A stretch of 64,000 nt of DNA. It comes from Fimicolochytrium jonesii (Eukaryota). A program made the position numbers and the translations under genes. Under the pieces are notes generated by a model, which worked only from the letters and a program-made list of their open reading frames with translations, was not told the DNA's origin and did no database searches. This document shows, piece by piece, positions 1 through 13,185 of this stretch (position 1 is the first letter of the stretch; the number at the start of each line of letters is the position of its first letter). Where the stretch lies: the NCBI RefSeq assembly GCF_025526975.1, contig NW_026515697.1, positions 248,001 to 312,000 on the forward strand, read 5' to 3'.

Positions 1-2541
1 AAGTGATTGGAGCGAAGGAAGTAGGTGCCACCACGATCAGATGATGGTTATGCATGAAGTCAACGCAAGCGTCTGATCCGGCTTTTCTTTGCAGCTTGTT
101 GAGATCAACAAGCAGAAGAACACAGTTCCTGCACCCAAACCGCCTGCACGGACCCCCAAAACGAGGAAACCGGGCGCGGAATCAAGTAAAATGGACCCGG
201 CGGTGAGAGAGTTCCTGGAACAGATGCATCAAGATCGGTCCAAGTGAGTTGTGGCATGGCGAAGCTCATCGTCGATCTCCTGAGTATGTGATTGCTAATG
301 TGGGGCATTGCTGTTAGACTGCAAGCCCTTGAACGAGAACTAGACCATGCCATCTCGCGTCAAAGCATCCAGAATGAAGTGCTCGAGGCGATGAATGCGT
401 TGGAGACGAGTTGGAAGGCTCAGGCTAGAGGAGAGCGTATGTGCTCCCGCTGATTTTGCATCACATCATGTGGCCACCGGAGTGCTGAGGCAGACCTTCT
501 CTCCGTAGGTGTGGGTCTCAAAAATAAGATCAGTGGGATACGGGCAGCTATCAGCAAGCTGTGGTGTCATATCCGGACGCCTCATGAGGGAGATACATGT
601 GTGTGTATACGCATTCCCGGGACCACCAGGACATGTCGCCGCGTGAGACTGACTTTGAAGTTCGTCAGATGTGAGCAAGCTGAAGGCGTCGATGGAATCC
701 ATCGAGGCGGATCTGCTGGCCATCAGGGATCATGAGAGCAAAGTGTAAGCCTCCTTCTCTGGTCTCGCTTCTCACTACTGAAAAGTGAATGTACCGTCTC
801 GCTCTTCAGCCTTGAGGATCTCGTCCGCCAAGAAAAGAAGCTTACGCAAGAGATCAATACCTTCGAAGAGCACATTGAAGCCTGGAACCAGATTGCGGAA
901 ACTGTTCCAGAAAGACTGCCTCACACCGCGTCTAGCAAGCCCGCGCCTGTATCTGTCGCCAAGCATGATGATATACTGCTACCGGAGGTCATGGAATACC
1001 AGGTTGGTTTCTCACCCGTCTTTTATCCCAGTGACGGTGATTCTGAACTCTTGTGCCATGGAACTCTTAGGATTTCATCTCCCGGCATGGCGGCCGCTTT
1101 GGAGGCTGGGAAGAACTCAGCCATACGACCTTTCTCAAGTTACGGCAAAAGTTTGGAGTAAGCTCTCAATCCTGCATAACGGCACCCACCGATGGCAGCG
1201 ACTGAACAAAACCGTCCCTTTGTAGCCAGACTCTCCAGACTTCTTCCGGGCCTGCATCTCCCGCATCCCTGGGATAGACTACAATCTGGCGTCTCAGCAT
1301 GAGAAATGGTATCAGCGGTTCTGTAAAGTGACCGAGGCGCGGAAGATGGCTATTGGCAAATGGAGGCAGCGGAAAGCTGTAAGTATGGCGCGGAAGATCT
1401 GCATCTTCGTGGGATTCCTGTATCTGATTGGGGATTTGCTCTACGGTAGGCCATATTGGAGAGAGAGGAACAGGCCTTGGACGAAGAGACCGAGATGAAA
1501 CACGAAAGGTCAGACGTCGACATAGCGCTGGAACGAGCAGAACGCGAAGAGAAGAGGCGGGCACTGATGGAATGGAAGGTGAGTTCATGACAAATTCATT
1601 GGAAGTACCTCACACGACGTCTGATCACCGGTTAGACCAAGAAAGCCGCCGAGCAGGCAACGCAAGAGCAGATTTCAAAGCTCACACACAGACAAGAACG
1701 GGAAAGGCTAAGAAAGTGGCAGGAAGAACAGGTTGGTCAACGATGCATGCACTGAACTGAAGGCATCCTTTAGACCATCAGTGTCCTGACTTCAACCGAC
1801 CCTGCAGAAAGCACGCCACGACAGAATCGCGGACTTTGTACGGCGCAAAGCTGAAACCGAAGCCTTGATTCGCAGACGCAGAGAAGAACGTGAGAGACAG
1901 GAGCGAATATCCCGGGCGTCTGCGGATCCTGAGAGTGTCACGCGGATCGCCCAGAAGGTGAGCGGCCGGGTTCTTTACGGATGCCTGATCTGAGGGACGG
2001 TCCAGTCTTGACCAGATGTTTTTTTTTTTGGAATGATTACAGAACAAACAAATACTCGAGCGCAGAATTGCAGCGAAGGAAGCGAAAGCCAAAGCTGAAG
2101 AGGAGAAAAAGAAGCACATCGAGCGGCTTCTCGACAAGGTCGGTAGAATCCGTCAAGATCTTACGTTCCCAAATTGGCTCTTCCACCCAGTCTTCCACAC
2201 TTCTAGGTCGAGGTCCACTCCACAAGAAACCCAGCACGCCTCTTACAACCCACTGAAGCGTTTCAAAAGAGATTAGAAACGCCGGCCCATGATCCGAGCG
2301 AGCAGGCTAGGACTCGCTTTGAGCCGCATATATTACCTAGGCGGTGAGTTCATTGGTGAACGACAGTGAGCATGAGTAGTGCGCGTGTTATGTACTGATG
2401 GACTTTTGGAATTCGCAGGAGTGTGCCGACGTGGCGAGTAGAGCTCTGACACGGGATCATCTCATCACCCCAGGAAACAATCATCCCGCGTTGAGGCCCA
2501 AGAAAACGCGGTGTTTTTGGTTCTTCAAAATGTGGGTTTGA
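1..2541 (+). CDS. 3' part of a multi-exon hypothetical coiled-coil protein (5' end outside window)
   Basis: Successive GT-AG bounded exons join in frame (LVEINKQKNT...DPAVREFLEQMHQDRSK|LQALERELDHAISRQSIQNEVLEAMNALE...). The last exon ends ...KTRCFWFFKMWV* at TGA 2539-2541. Middle exons were not fully resolved and no family was recognised. Confidence 0.5.
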
Positions 2542-2675
2542 CTAAGGACATGGTGTATGAACCATTCAATATGCATTTACATATGTACATATATAACCCC
2601 TACTCCCATCCCTCAACGACTATGTGACACGCCATCGTAAATACCCCTAGTGTACAGATGATGCAAAAAGACAGC

Positions 2676-5600
2676 CTACTTCAAAAGCGCCTCTAACTCC
2701 CTTTCAACCTGACGAAGCTGCGACTCGTTCGCGCCCGTCGTTCGCGTAGCGCGACGGAGGATCTCGCGCGCTCCCATGACGTTCGCGGCTTCTTTGATGT
2801 CGCTGTTTTGATGGACTAGGGTGCCGATGGCGACGAGAGCTCGGAACTCGCTTTCTCCGTCTGTTTCTGTTTTGAGGAACTGCGAATGACATATGTCAGC
2901 AATCTTGTTTGGAAGGTGCCCTGCCCACTGCCATCTCCGAGCCCCTTACCTCGATGATGTGATGTAAGAGCTCTACGCCAAACTCGTCATTCGCGCTCGT
3001 CTTCTTGAGCAATACGGCGTAACTGCAAGTAAGAGCACATCGTAAGAACTGACACCACTTTCACGGAAACGCCCCCAATCTTACTTCAAGTATACGGTGG
3101 CCAGCGCCACATGGACGTTCGTGTTCTCCGTCACCGACGGAACATACTTGATCAACTCAATGATCTGTCCGTAAGGAAGAATGTGGTTAGCCAATAACTT
3201 TGTGTCAAGTCACCCTTTTCGCACGTACCTCTCCCTTCTGCTTCCATGCGAAATTCCGCCCCTCCTCCGTTGCAAACACATTAGCCAAAAACCTGAGCGT
3301 CAACATTGCGTTGGTCTCCCCCGTTTTGCCGCCTAATCCCGTATTTGGCTTGACGTCCGCAAAGCCTGCCAGTGCGTTGAGGTAGGCTACCAGGTCGTGT
3401 TTCTTGAATGGAAGGGCGGAGTGGAGGACAATCAAACGGAGGGCGTCAATGCCTGAGGGGGCAATGGAGTGAGACACGGTCCCAAAGTTCCTCATCGCTG
3501 CAAGTAGAACTCACCTGGAAAGCGCGATGCTGCTGGCCACTGGGTGGCCACCCGGAGGATGATGTCGAAATTTGCTTCCGTAGGGTTGCTCTTGAATGTA
3601 GCCGGTTTGTTCAATCCCTCGAGGAGTGTCTCGACGATCTTCTCCTCCGACGTTTGGAGAGCCGCTGGACCGAAATCCTGTATTGATTCGGTAAGAAGCC
3701 TTGCAGTAACGCTGATCACGACGATGCGGCCCTTACCATCGATTTCGCGAGCTCAGCGTTGAGTTGTATGATTTTGCTCGCGATGGCGCTTGTTTTGGCT
3801 GCTTTGAAGAAGATGAATTCCTCCTAGAACATAAGACCATTCCAACGTTAAAGGCGGCAGATGTCAGATCATAACGAGGGGATAGAGGACTTACGTGAGG
3901 AATGAACCTTGTTGATGCAGAAGTTGGTTTCGGCGGTGGCGCAGTAGAGGTGGGTGCTTGCGATGCCTTCAATCAAAGTCGATCTGTGGTTAGTACTCAG
4001 TGTTCGGACGTCAAGCGGGACAGCATCATCCGGAACACTCACAACAGCTCCTCCGGGAACATATCGCGAACCGCCTATCAGATGATCAAAGATGAGTTCA
4101 GGTGAGCGATTCCGCAATGCGTCATAAAAAGTCATCTCGCACCTGTGAATGGATCCTGGTACGCCGACGCAGGCGCGGCCGCTCCCAACACCGGCGCACG
4201 AGCATTTGTCTGTATAAAGTTCGCTACTTGGTCCAGATAATCCTGTGGAAGCTCGTACCGCCATATGAATTGTTGCGCCGCCTGGTATGGATTGTCTTTT
4301 GGAGACACAGCTGGTGAGTTGCTAGATCTCTCGACTTCGATTGCTGAATCTTCGAGAAACTTACCGGAAACATTGTACGGCAACTTCAAAGCCGGCGCAC
4401 CATCCCCCAAATCGACGTCAAAGACATAATCGTAATCTTTTCCCTCAAACGTTTTCTTCCCCTCCTTGGCATCAACAACTTCTCCCACTTTGCTCCATTT
4501 CGCGTCTGCGTCGCTCCATTGGTGCGCTTCGATTGAGCCTCCGAAGTTGATCATGATCACTTGACCGTCTTTCGTCCCTAAAGTGTTGTCAACAGAACTC
4601 AGCCAGGCTCCATTGCGCCATAAGGGATGTGAGTAATAAGCACCTTGCTTGTTCAAGGCATCAAGCCCCGGCAGTTTGCTCTTATCCACATCCCCAACCT
4701 GATTCGATGGGATGGCCTGGCTTGCTAGGGTGTCCTCGTAGGACTACACCGAGATGTGAGCCAATCCATTCCAATACGACTCGCAAGCCAGATCGCGGAA
4801 AGATACCTTCAAAATCTCGGCTGCGGCTTGTCGCTCCTTCGCTCTCGTAAAGACTCGAGCCAAGTGATCACTGGCTCCACTGACAATGTCTCCATTCGGG
4901 AGCGCAGCCACACTCCAGACCGAGGGCGTTGGGTGAAGGATCGTCTGAATGCATTCCGACCCTATATCACATGCACGTCAGGATGGATGAATGGTTGAAC
5001 ACAAAGCGCACACCGTTGCGCATACCTTTCCAGACTCTGACCGAGCGATCCTCTCCACCTGACACGATTTCACCAGACGGTAGTACCGCGACAGTGTACA
5101 CAAAGGAGTCGTGACCGTTCAGCTCTCCGATGCATTCGCCATCTATCGACCATATCCGCAATGTACTGCACGAAAAAAACAACGTTAACCATCATCAAAT
5201 CCTGATGGTGAAACACATGCCGTAACTCCCAATGCGTACGCGTCATTCGAACAAGACACGAAACTGGACTCCGACAGCAATGCGAGGCCTCTCACGGCAT
5301 CGGTGTGTCCGGCATACGTCTTCAAACACTTCTCTCCTTGCCATCTCTTGATGGATTTGTCCGCCGACGCTATTTATCCACCGAACTGATCAATCCAACA
5401 GCATTTGCAATACTCAGCGGCGCTGCCTCTCGTTACCTGTGAGGTACGTTCCGTCCGCCAACCCCAACACGCCCCACACCGACTGCTGATGCTGCACGGT
5501 CGTCACGCACTCATAGTTTCTCCACACCTTCGCCGTGCTACACATCGCCCAACGATCAGTCCCATCGGCATATCTTAACCCCTTACCGGCGCAAACATCT

Positions 5601-6104
5601 CGGACTCACAAATCCCAAGACCCCGAAATGATATCCCCATTCGGTGCAACAGTGAGTGCGCAGATGTTATTGGAATGCCCCACCAATGAGAATATCGCCT
5701 TGCTGGATTGGCGTGGGTCGAACACCTGTATCGTCTTATCCGAGCCCCCACTTACAACCAGCCCTGTACCAAACGTATGAGTCTGGTCACACACGTCTAA
5801 GCCCGCAGCAGAACACACCTACCTTCGGGATGCTCTACAGAAGGCGGAATGAAAGCCAAAGCATTTACAAAGTGCGAGTGTCCCTTGAACACCGACTCGG
5901 GCTGGAAAGGGTGCGAGTCGCTTTGGGACCAGGAGATGACGGACGTGTCGCGGGATGCCGTGACGACCTTGTTGGCGGTCGGTGCGATGACTGCTTTCAC
6001 CTGAACAATGGAGGTTGTTTAGCTTCCTGCTGGAGGTACCGGGGTACATGGCGTCTTACGTCTGAGTCATGTCCGACGAGGACGGCTGAGAGGACGAACG
6101 ACAT
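2676..6104 (-). CDS. DOA1: Doa1/Ufd3/PLAA ubiquitin-Cdc48 adaptor (WD40-PFU-PUL), multi-exon
   Basis: Start MSFVLSAVLVGHDSD|VKAV. WD40 repeats (GHSHFVNAL, GHSNNICAL..ISGSWD, GHDSFVYTVAVL..SGGEDRSVRVW). PFU motif FEGKDYDYVFDVDL..LKLPYN..NPYQAAQQFI..LDQVANFI. PUL-type helices (FPGIDALRL, NAMLTLRFLANVF). Stop TAG 2676-2678. Confidence 0.93.
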
Positions 6105-6451
6105 TGTTGTGAGTGAAGTGATCTACGACGCGGCGAAGGATGAGTTGGACGATTTTCTCAATGGCCAACGACGGTTGTGAGGGACGGACGCAGAGGGACT
6201 GCCAGTGAAGTGGAGCTCGGACCGACTGTGTGTGTATTAGTATCGTTTGCTTAATCACAATGCGTTAGAACAGCGGGTTGCAATGTGCCGTGATCTCTGA
6301 AGACTCTGAAGATGGTGACGAAGCCTCTCAAGCGCCGGAAGAGCCGGAAGGTTTTCTCACGCTGTCCAAATTTCCCAATTCTAGTTACAAGTTTACAGTC
6401 ATCTCATCCCCCAGCAACCAAACGGAAACAAAACACAACTACGTAGCAAAC

Positions 6452-7021
6452 ATGGCCGTCCAAGCGAAACTCCAACAGAACAGCCTCGTGCAGTCGGTTA
6501 CCGGCTCCGTCATGCCTTACCTGCAAAGTGCGCAGTCTCTCGCCGTCTCCGCCATCTACACATCCAAGGCTATCCTCGACCGTTACCCACCGGTTAAGGT
6601 ATATTCACCAAAACGCTTACCTTACTCTTCTTACCATCTACAGCACCTTATTGACTTCATCTTCCTTGCTTTCACAGGCTTTCGTCTACACTTTGGGAGG
6701 AGCCGCCGCGGTTCCCCTGGCCGTCTTCATCGGATACGGAGCAGCGACCGGAGCTGTCGTGTTGGGCGTTGCGGGAACGGGCGTCGCCATGGTCCAGGGA
6801 GGATTCCTTGCCTTTGGAGGATTCTTCTTGTTCTGGTGGTTAGCCGGCGCTTTGATTTTCGCATCCATTGCTGCGTTTTGCAAGTCGTCGAAACTCCATC
6901 CTGTTCCTTCGTGTCTGGAAGCCATAGTCCTGACTTGTTCTCTCTTTCTTCTTTTTTCTCAGGGTTCACCCTTGCCTACTTCGCCTTCCAACTGGCCAAG
7001 CGTTTCGAGGGATCCGCGTAA
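6452..7021 (+). CDS. Promethin/LDAF1-like lipid-droplet membrane protein, 3 exons
   Basis: Spliced product MAVQAKLQ...ILDRYPPVK|AFVYTLGGAAAVPLAVFIGYG...VQGGFLAFGGFFLFWWLAGALIFASIAAF|WFTLAYFAFQLAKRFEGSA*. The long hydrophobic hairpin has the LDxxP..AVP..F..GG pattern of promethin. Intron 2 (6880-6962) is GC-AG. Confidence 0.68.
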   Translation: MAVQAKLQQNSLVQSVTGSVMPYLQSAQSLAVSAIYTSKAILDRYPPVKVYSPKRLPYSSYHLQHLIDFIFLAFTGFRLHFGRSRRGSPGRLHRIRSSDRSCRVGRCGNGRRHGPGRIPCLWRILLVLVVSRRFDFRIHCCVLQVVETPSCSFVSGSHSPDLFSLSSFFSGFTLAYFAFQLAKRFEGSA

Positions 7022-7570
7022 ACGAACCCGCAAACTGCATCAGTAGCAGTGCGTCTCAGTACGAACACGTACCAGATTGAGCAGCACCATCATCCCTTCT
7101 CCCTGGAGTTTATATAGTCCACATCGTAATTAGAATTCAGCAAAACGGCCTCATTCAGCAAATGTATCCGGCGTATACACATACACGCACCCTTGTACGA
7201 TTTGGCGAACACTATGCTAAATCATACCGGGCGTCCCTCCTTCCGAGTTACTTTAATAAAATTACTTTCTGTTCTCGTGTGCATTCTTATGCTGGTCGAT
7301 ATGGGTCCTTACTCATACGCATGGTGACTTGTGAAACAGACTCCGGTCTCGAGCGACGTGAAGTGCAATCTTTGAAAATTAGACTAAAATGTGCAGCAGA
7401 CCACAGACCCCATGGACGACCGGAAAACAAGCCACGCAGCAACACGATGCAAACCAGACCTATGATATAATTTACGTGAATGAATGCTAACGATAAGACT
7501 ACGACTATATGCAAAGTGAATGAAGTTACAGAGACACTCCTCTCCCAACGACCAACTCCGCCCGTCCACC

Positions 7571-10105
7571 CTACTTCTTCTTTTTATTCGGCATTTGATA
7601 CGACGCCAGCCGGTCCTCCGTGATGCGGGGTTTCTTGTGCTTCTTTTTGTCCTTTTTCGGATTTGCATCTGAGGAGGTGGAGGCGGCTGGTGGTGCGTCT
7701 GGTTTTGATTCGGATGTGGTGGCAGTGGGGATGTCGGTCGCCGTGGGGTTGTCCTCCTTCCGCTTCTTGGACGACGGAGTTTTTTCTTCTGGCTGCTGCG
7801 CAACCAGCGCCGCTGCCTCCTTCACCTCATTCGAAGCAGCGGCCTTCTCATCACCTTTCTCTCCCTCCGTCTGTTTCCTCTTCTTCCCCCCTTTATCCAT
7901 CCCCTTCTTCCCCTTCTCCGTCTTCTTAACCGGCAAAACAGGCGCAACCTTCGCCTCTAACTTCTTCCTGAACTCCCTCAACCTCTTCTTCCTACTCTTC
8001 GAAAACTTAGCCAAATCCTGCTCCACCAACTCCTTCCTCCTAAACGGCGCCAATTTCTTTAACCCAACCAATTCATTCAGGTCCGCATCGTCGGCGAGCA
8101 GGATCTCGAGCGGTGTGAGCCCGTAGTCTTGCTGGTCGACTTGGCGGTACTTAAAACGTGTGGGCAAGTCGCCGATCATGTCTTCGTAGTCGAGTTGGTA
8201 GACTTCGTCCATGTATTGTGAGAGAGATTTTTTGGTGGCTTCGCCGTCGGCTGCTGCTGGGTGTTCTTCGGATTCGTCGTCGCCGCGTTTGCCTTTCTTT
8301 TTGTCCTTTCTGGATTTACGTTTCAGCGCTGAGCCGTAGACTTCGCCGCCGGGGAGGTAATCCGCGTCCATGATGAAATTCTCGTCATCGCCCTGGTTCG
8401 CTTCCTGGCCATCCCACTCCTCCTCATACCCCTCATACCCCTCCTCTGCCCCGTCCCACTCCTCCCCATTCTGCGCCGACTCATCCCACCCCCCATCCAT
8501 CATCTCCTCCTTGAACTTCGGCAGCCCATTGTCAGGCAAGATATCCGAGATATCTATATCGTCTGTAAACACCGGTTTCTCCGCATCCCCCTCATTCTGG
8601 TCATAATAACGGTCATCGAACGCCTGCGCCATTTTTCGATCAAACTCCTCCGGGTCAAACTCCTTCTCCAGATCCACCTCATCCAGCCCAAACACGCCGG
8701 TACTCCCCCCGTTCCCACCCCCGACACCCGCGACATCGCGGATGGCTTCGAGACGTTTGCGGATTTCTTCCTTTTTGAGGTTCTTGAGCCGTTTGAGCTC
8801 TTCGGCTTTGCGCGCTTTGTCTTCTTCTTGACGTTCTTTTTTGGCATCGCGTTGTTTCTTGCGTTTGTCGTCTTTGCGGCGGAGGGTGCCTTCGATGTCG
8901 CGGGCGTGGGTTACGATGTTGGTGGAGCCCCTATAGTGATGAAACTAGGTCAGACGCGTGGCTAGAGAAACGCCCAAGCAATGTTCATAATACTCACTCT
9001 TCTTCGAAACGGAAGTTATGCGTCCGCTCAAAGTCTTCTGCTGTTTCTACCGCCTCTTCGTCACCACTGAGATCCACAACGTCCTCATATGTCGGAACAC
9101 TGATGGCGTCTTTGTCCACCCATCCGCGATTTAGCACGTATCTGGAGACATCGAGTTTGGTCAATAAGCAAGTTCCACATGCGGAAAGGTCGGGTAACCG
9201 TTTGGCTTACTCCATCAAAAACGCTTCGTCCGGATCCTGTGGTTTGATCGAGTTGTAGTCTCTGAAATCTTGGAGCCCCTGGCCACCTTCCTGGATGAAA
9301 CAAAAATGTCTTCGTCAGCGACGTTCCAGAGTACGCCAAAGAAACCCCAGCGCCATCAACCTACAGAAGACAAATTCTCCAACAAAAACTTGCGGTACTC
9401 CTCCTCCTCCCTCTTCTTATCCTCCTCCGTCTTCACCCTCAGCGACATAAACTCATCATCCTCATCATCCTCATTATCCTTCAGAGCTGATTTAAACTCA
9501 TCCTTCAACCGTGCCTGCTCTTCCGAGAACGTCAATCCGCCCTCCGACTTCACCCTGAAACCCTCATCCTCATCCTCCTCCTCCTCACCACCACCATTCC
9601 CCCTGGCCGCCCCCTCCAACAACAACTCCCTCCGATGGAAATCCTTCAGTTTGAACGGCTTCCCCTCCTTCTTCAACCCAATCTGCTTCTCCTTCCACTG
9701 CTGCCGGGCGGCGTTGATTTCGTCCTCCGAGAAGAATTTCTTGGTCGGGTCGTAGACTTCGGGTTTGCCCGCGCGGATGGTGGCGATTGTCTTCATGATT
9801 TGGGCGTCGACTTCGGGGGTCACGAGTTCGCCGTTTTCGTCTTCTTCTTCGGCGGATTCGGAGTCGGGGTAGTCGTCGTCGGCTTCGTCGCCGTATTTGC
9901 GGCGTACTGGAGGGGGAGCACGAGTTTAGTTGGGTTATCACACTTAGAGAATTTGAGGCTCTGGGTCGGCCTTTGTTTGTAGCGGTCCTTCACTCCACGA
10001 CTTACAGTCAGTGATTTCCTCATGACGCTTCTTCTTCTGATACCGAGCAGCAAAGCTTTCATTAATAGTGAAGCCGACCTCCTCGTCGTCGCCGGGGCCG
10101 AACAT
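7571..10105 (-). CDS. KRI1: Kri1 40S ribosome biogenesis factor, multi-exon
   Basis: N-terminal FTINESFAARYQKKKRHEE and TPEVDAQIMKTIATIR..PEVYD. KRI1 C-terminal signature YQLDYEDMIGDLPTRFKYRQV..YGLTPLEILLADDADLNELVGLKKLAPFR, ending ITEDRLASY. Confidence 0.92.
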
Positions 10106-10486
10106 GACTGTTTTGCGTTGCCACAAGGGGTGGTCGAAGAGAAGTTCGTAGACTATGTGCCACAGCTCCGCTCTACCTTGAGCAAAAGGTGTTGTTGAGT
10201 TAACGTACAAGTATGAAGGCTCTATATCTAGCGCAGGACGCAGCAACGCTGGAGTGTGCAAATGTCAAACCTCAAGTGGGCGAAAAGGCGACAGAAAATC
10301 GAAGAAGCGCAGTGAGGGGGGGGTGTGGCCATAGCAACTGACGAACACGCTCTGTTGCCCATTTTTCACAACACATATGGAGGAAACAATCGGATGTTTC
10401 GGTTGTTTGATGCATATACAGTACATACAACCGCTACATCTGTAAGTCCGCTCCTCAGCCTGTCTCGGCTGATGCTTTACGCGCCG

Positions 10487-12005
10487 TTATTCCGCTAAAG
10501 GTGTGCAAATTGTGGATCCGCTGCTTTTCAGCTCGCTGCTCCTCTCCAGATGCGCTGCTTCCCCTCTGCGAAGATCTGGCGCTCTTCAAAGACTACGCCG
10601 CTAAGTTCTTCTACGCCGCTGCCCCTATGGGCAAAACAACTGAACTTCCTACTCTATCATTCCAAAAATTGCTGACTATTCCACAACAAACGTCTCTCAT
10701 CGGGCTCCGAAACGGTCTACTGCATAGACATCTGCAAAGATTGTGCAAAAGCGGTCAGCTCCCAGATTTCCCAACTCAAAATCCTCTTTACATCGAACTC
10801 ACCCCGGAATTCATCATCTGCAACTTGATTTCCTCAAAATGATCCTCAGTCAACGGCGAGAACTTGACCGCCGATGTATCGCTATGATCGAACAACACCC
10901 CTTCCGATACTGAAAGCTGTGCGCATTGTGCTGCTAGTTTGGCATAGAGCCCGCGTTCGTTGTGAAAGATCTTGTAGGCTTCCTTGTTGGAGCAGGCTTC
11001 CTCCTGTAAGCTGGACAGGACGGATTCCCTGAACGAGTTCTTGAGGTAGTGCAGAATATGTGCAATGTAGTCCTTCCGTGGCCGCCAGACCGGAAATTGT
11101 TGTGCTGCAGATGGCAAGAAGGTTAGCTTTCTTTCGCATCCTCTTCCACTCCCATCCTAGTACACTCCTCTCACATAGGCTAAACCGGCCATCCCGCCCA
11201 ATTAGCGGATGAAACATATCGGTCAAAAAGAGCACCGAAGGACCAGCATTCGGGTACGCTTTGGGTATCTCGATGACAAACTTGAACACTCCTTCCTTGT
11301 AGTAGCCGCGATGTATGAATAGGACGCCGTGCCATTCTGCCGATGATATGGGAGGTTAGGTTGCTCTGTCGCCAGCGCTTCGAACCGACCTTCGACAGAG
11401 GAACACCCACCATTCAGGTTTTCCGGTTCCGGCCGTAGGTATATCCCTGGCGGACAGTTATTTGGGTTCTTCATGTGCTTGCTGTGGGAGAGAGAGGAAG
11501 AAGGTCAGTGTGGATAACGGCTAGGGACCTTGCAGTCCGTCGCACAAAGTCACTTACAATTCAACCAGCAACTCATATCGCTTGAGGTATTGGTCATACT
11601 TCTGTCCTGGCATGGCAGAGTCTATATGAAAAAACGATAAGTCAGGAAAACCTCAAACCGGCTAGCCACGCATGAATGCGATAGAGCATGCACATGCTGT
11701 TGTTTATGTACCTTCCCGGCGGCCGTCCTGAAAATGGAAAGAGACGAAGCGAGGCGCTACTGTAAGCAAACAAACAAAAAGGACGAGTGAAGGAGCTCGC
11801 TAGCTACGTACCTCTAGCATATTGGAACTGTGTATCGTTCCTGTGGGTTGGGTGTAAGCTCCTGAAGCAGAGGGATAGCGAGGAGTGGTTGAGCAAAATG
11901 TCCAAGCGCTAATGAGGTCATGAGAAGAGCGACAACCGCTTCCTGAACCGCTTCCCACTTTTCCCTAAAAAACGCACAGGCCATCATCTCGGACCGAAAA
12001 GACAT
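10487..12005 (-). CDS. AKTIP/Fts (fused toes) catalytically inactive E2/UEV protein; 5' exons uncertain
   Basis: YELLVEF|..PPGIYLRP..|WHGVLFIHRGYYKEGVFKFVIEIPKAYP..PSVLFLTDMFHPLIGRDGRFSL..FPVWRPRKDYIAHILHYLKNSF. This is a UBC fold with no catalytic Cys and the FPxWR motif of AKTIP/Fts. Confidence 0.8.
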
Positions 12006-12098
12006 ACATATCAACGGAAACTAGTCCTTTCGCTGCGCATCACTGCTACCCGTCTCATCAAAGCCTTTGACCGCACGGAAAATCTTGGCAACGGAAGC

Positions 12099-13185
12099 AT
12101 GTCACCGACGTTGCCTGCACTGGCGCGACTGAACGAAAAATACCAGATTATTGTGGCTTCCGGTTCACCCCGGAGAAAGGAAATACTGACGAAGCTTGTG
12201 AGTGAGCGGAATGGCGCGCTGGGTTTCGGTGCCTACGGCGTGCTTCAGGATCCGTGTTCGTACTATCAATTGGCGCTGGAAGTCGAAGTAGACGGAGAAT
12301 GCGTCGTGATGGTTCTGGTGTCGAGCGTCACGGAACCACATGGCCAACCTTCCGCTCTGTCAAAGTAGGGCCTCGAATTCAGGGTCGCAGTATCAACATT
12401 TCCCGAAGATCTCGACAAATCTTTGTACACACCCGACGAATATGTCCTCCAAACCGCTCTCGGCAAGGCAACGGAAGTCTACAGGCGCGTAAGGCGATCA
12501 AATAACCTGACCGAGGATCACCGCCCAATCCTAGTCATTGCAGCCGATACGGTCGTCATCCACAATGAAAGGATAATCGAAAAGCCGATATCGAATGCCC
12601 ATGCAAAGGAGATGTTGAGAGGGTTGGCGGGACGGGAGCATGTTGTTGCGACGGCGATTGTTCTTGCGTATGCTGTGGATGAGGAGGGAAACTTGAAGGT
12701 TGAGACAGCGGTGGAGAGGAGTAAGGTTCTGTTTGATGAGATGGATGACGAGCTGATTGATGCGTATGTCGCTACTGGAGAGCCATTGTATGTTTCCTCC
12801 CTTCAGGGATTGATGCTGGATCATTGTCTTGTGCAGGTGTCGATGGTGCATTCGCTAATGATAATCACTCTCCTTTCGTAGAGACAAAGCGGTACGATGT
12901 CTTCTGACGGATCAGAATCGCCAGTATGGCGATGGGATTCGCCATTGCTCAAGCTCCTTTCTCTCTGATCCTTAGGGAGGATACGGCTACCAAGGCCTTG
13001 CGGCAGCATTCATCCCGCGGATCGACGGGTGCTACTACAACGTCATAGGTAAGTGAATCTGATACTAAAGGAGGTGAGTCCGCATGGACGACGCTGAGCG
13101 TTGCGGCGCAGGTTTCCCAGTGAATAGGTTTGTACGGACAGCGACGAACCTGCTCAATACGCAAAGCGGTGGCGACCAGCAGTGA
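12099..13185 (+). CDS. Maf-family nucleoside triphosphate pyrophosphatase, 5 exons
   Basis: IIVASGSPRRKEIL, VIAADTVV..IIEKP, YVATGEPL|DKA|GGYGYQG..IDGCYYNVI|GFPV. The DKA part lies on a 10-nt microexon at 12882-12891. Confidence 0.9.
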
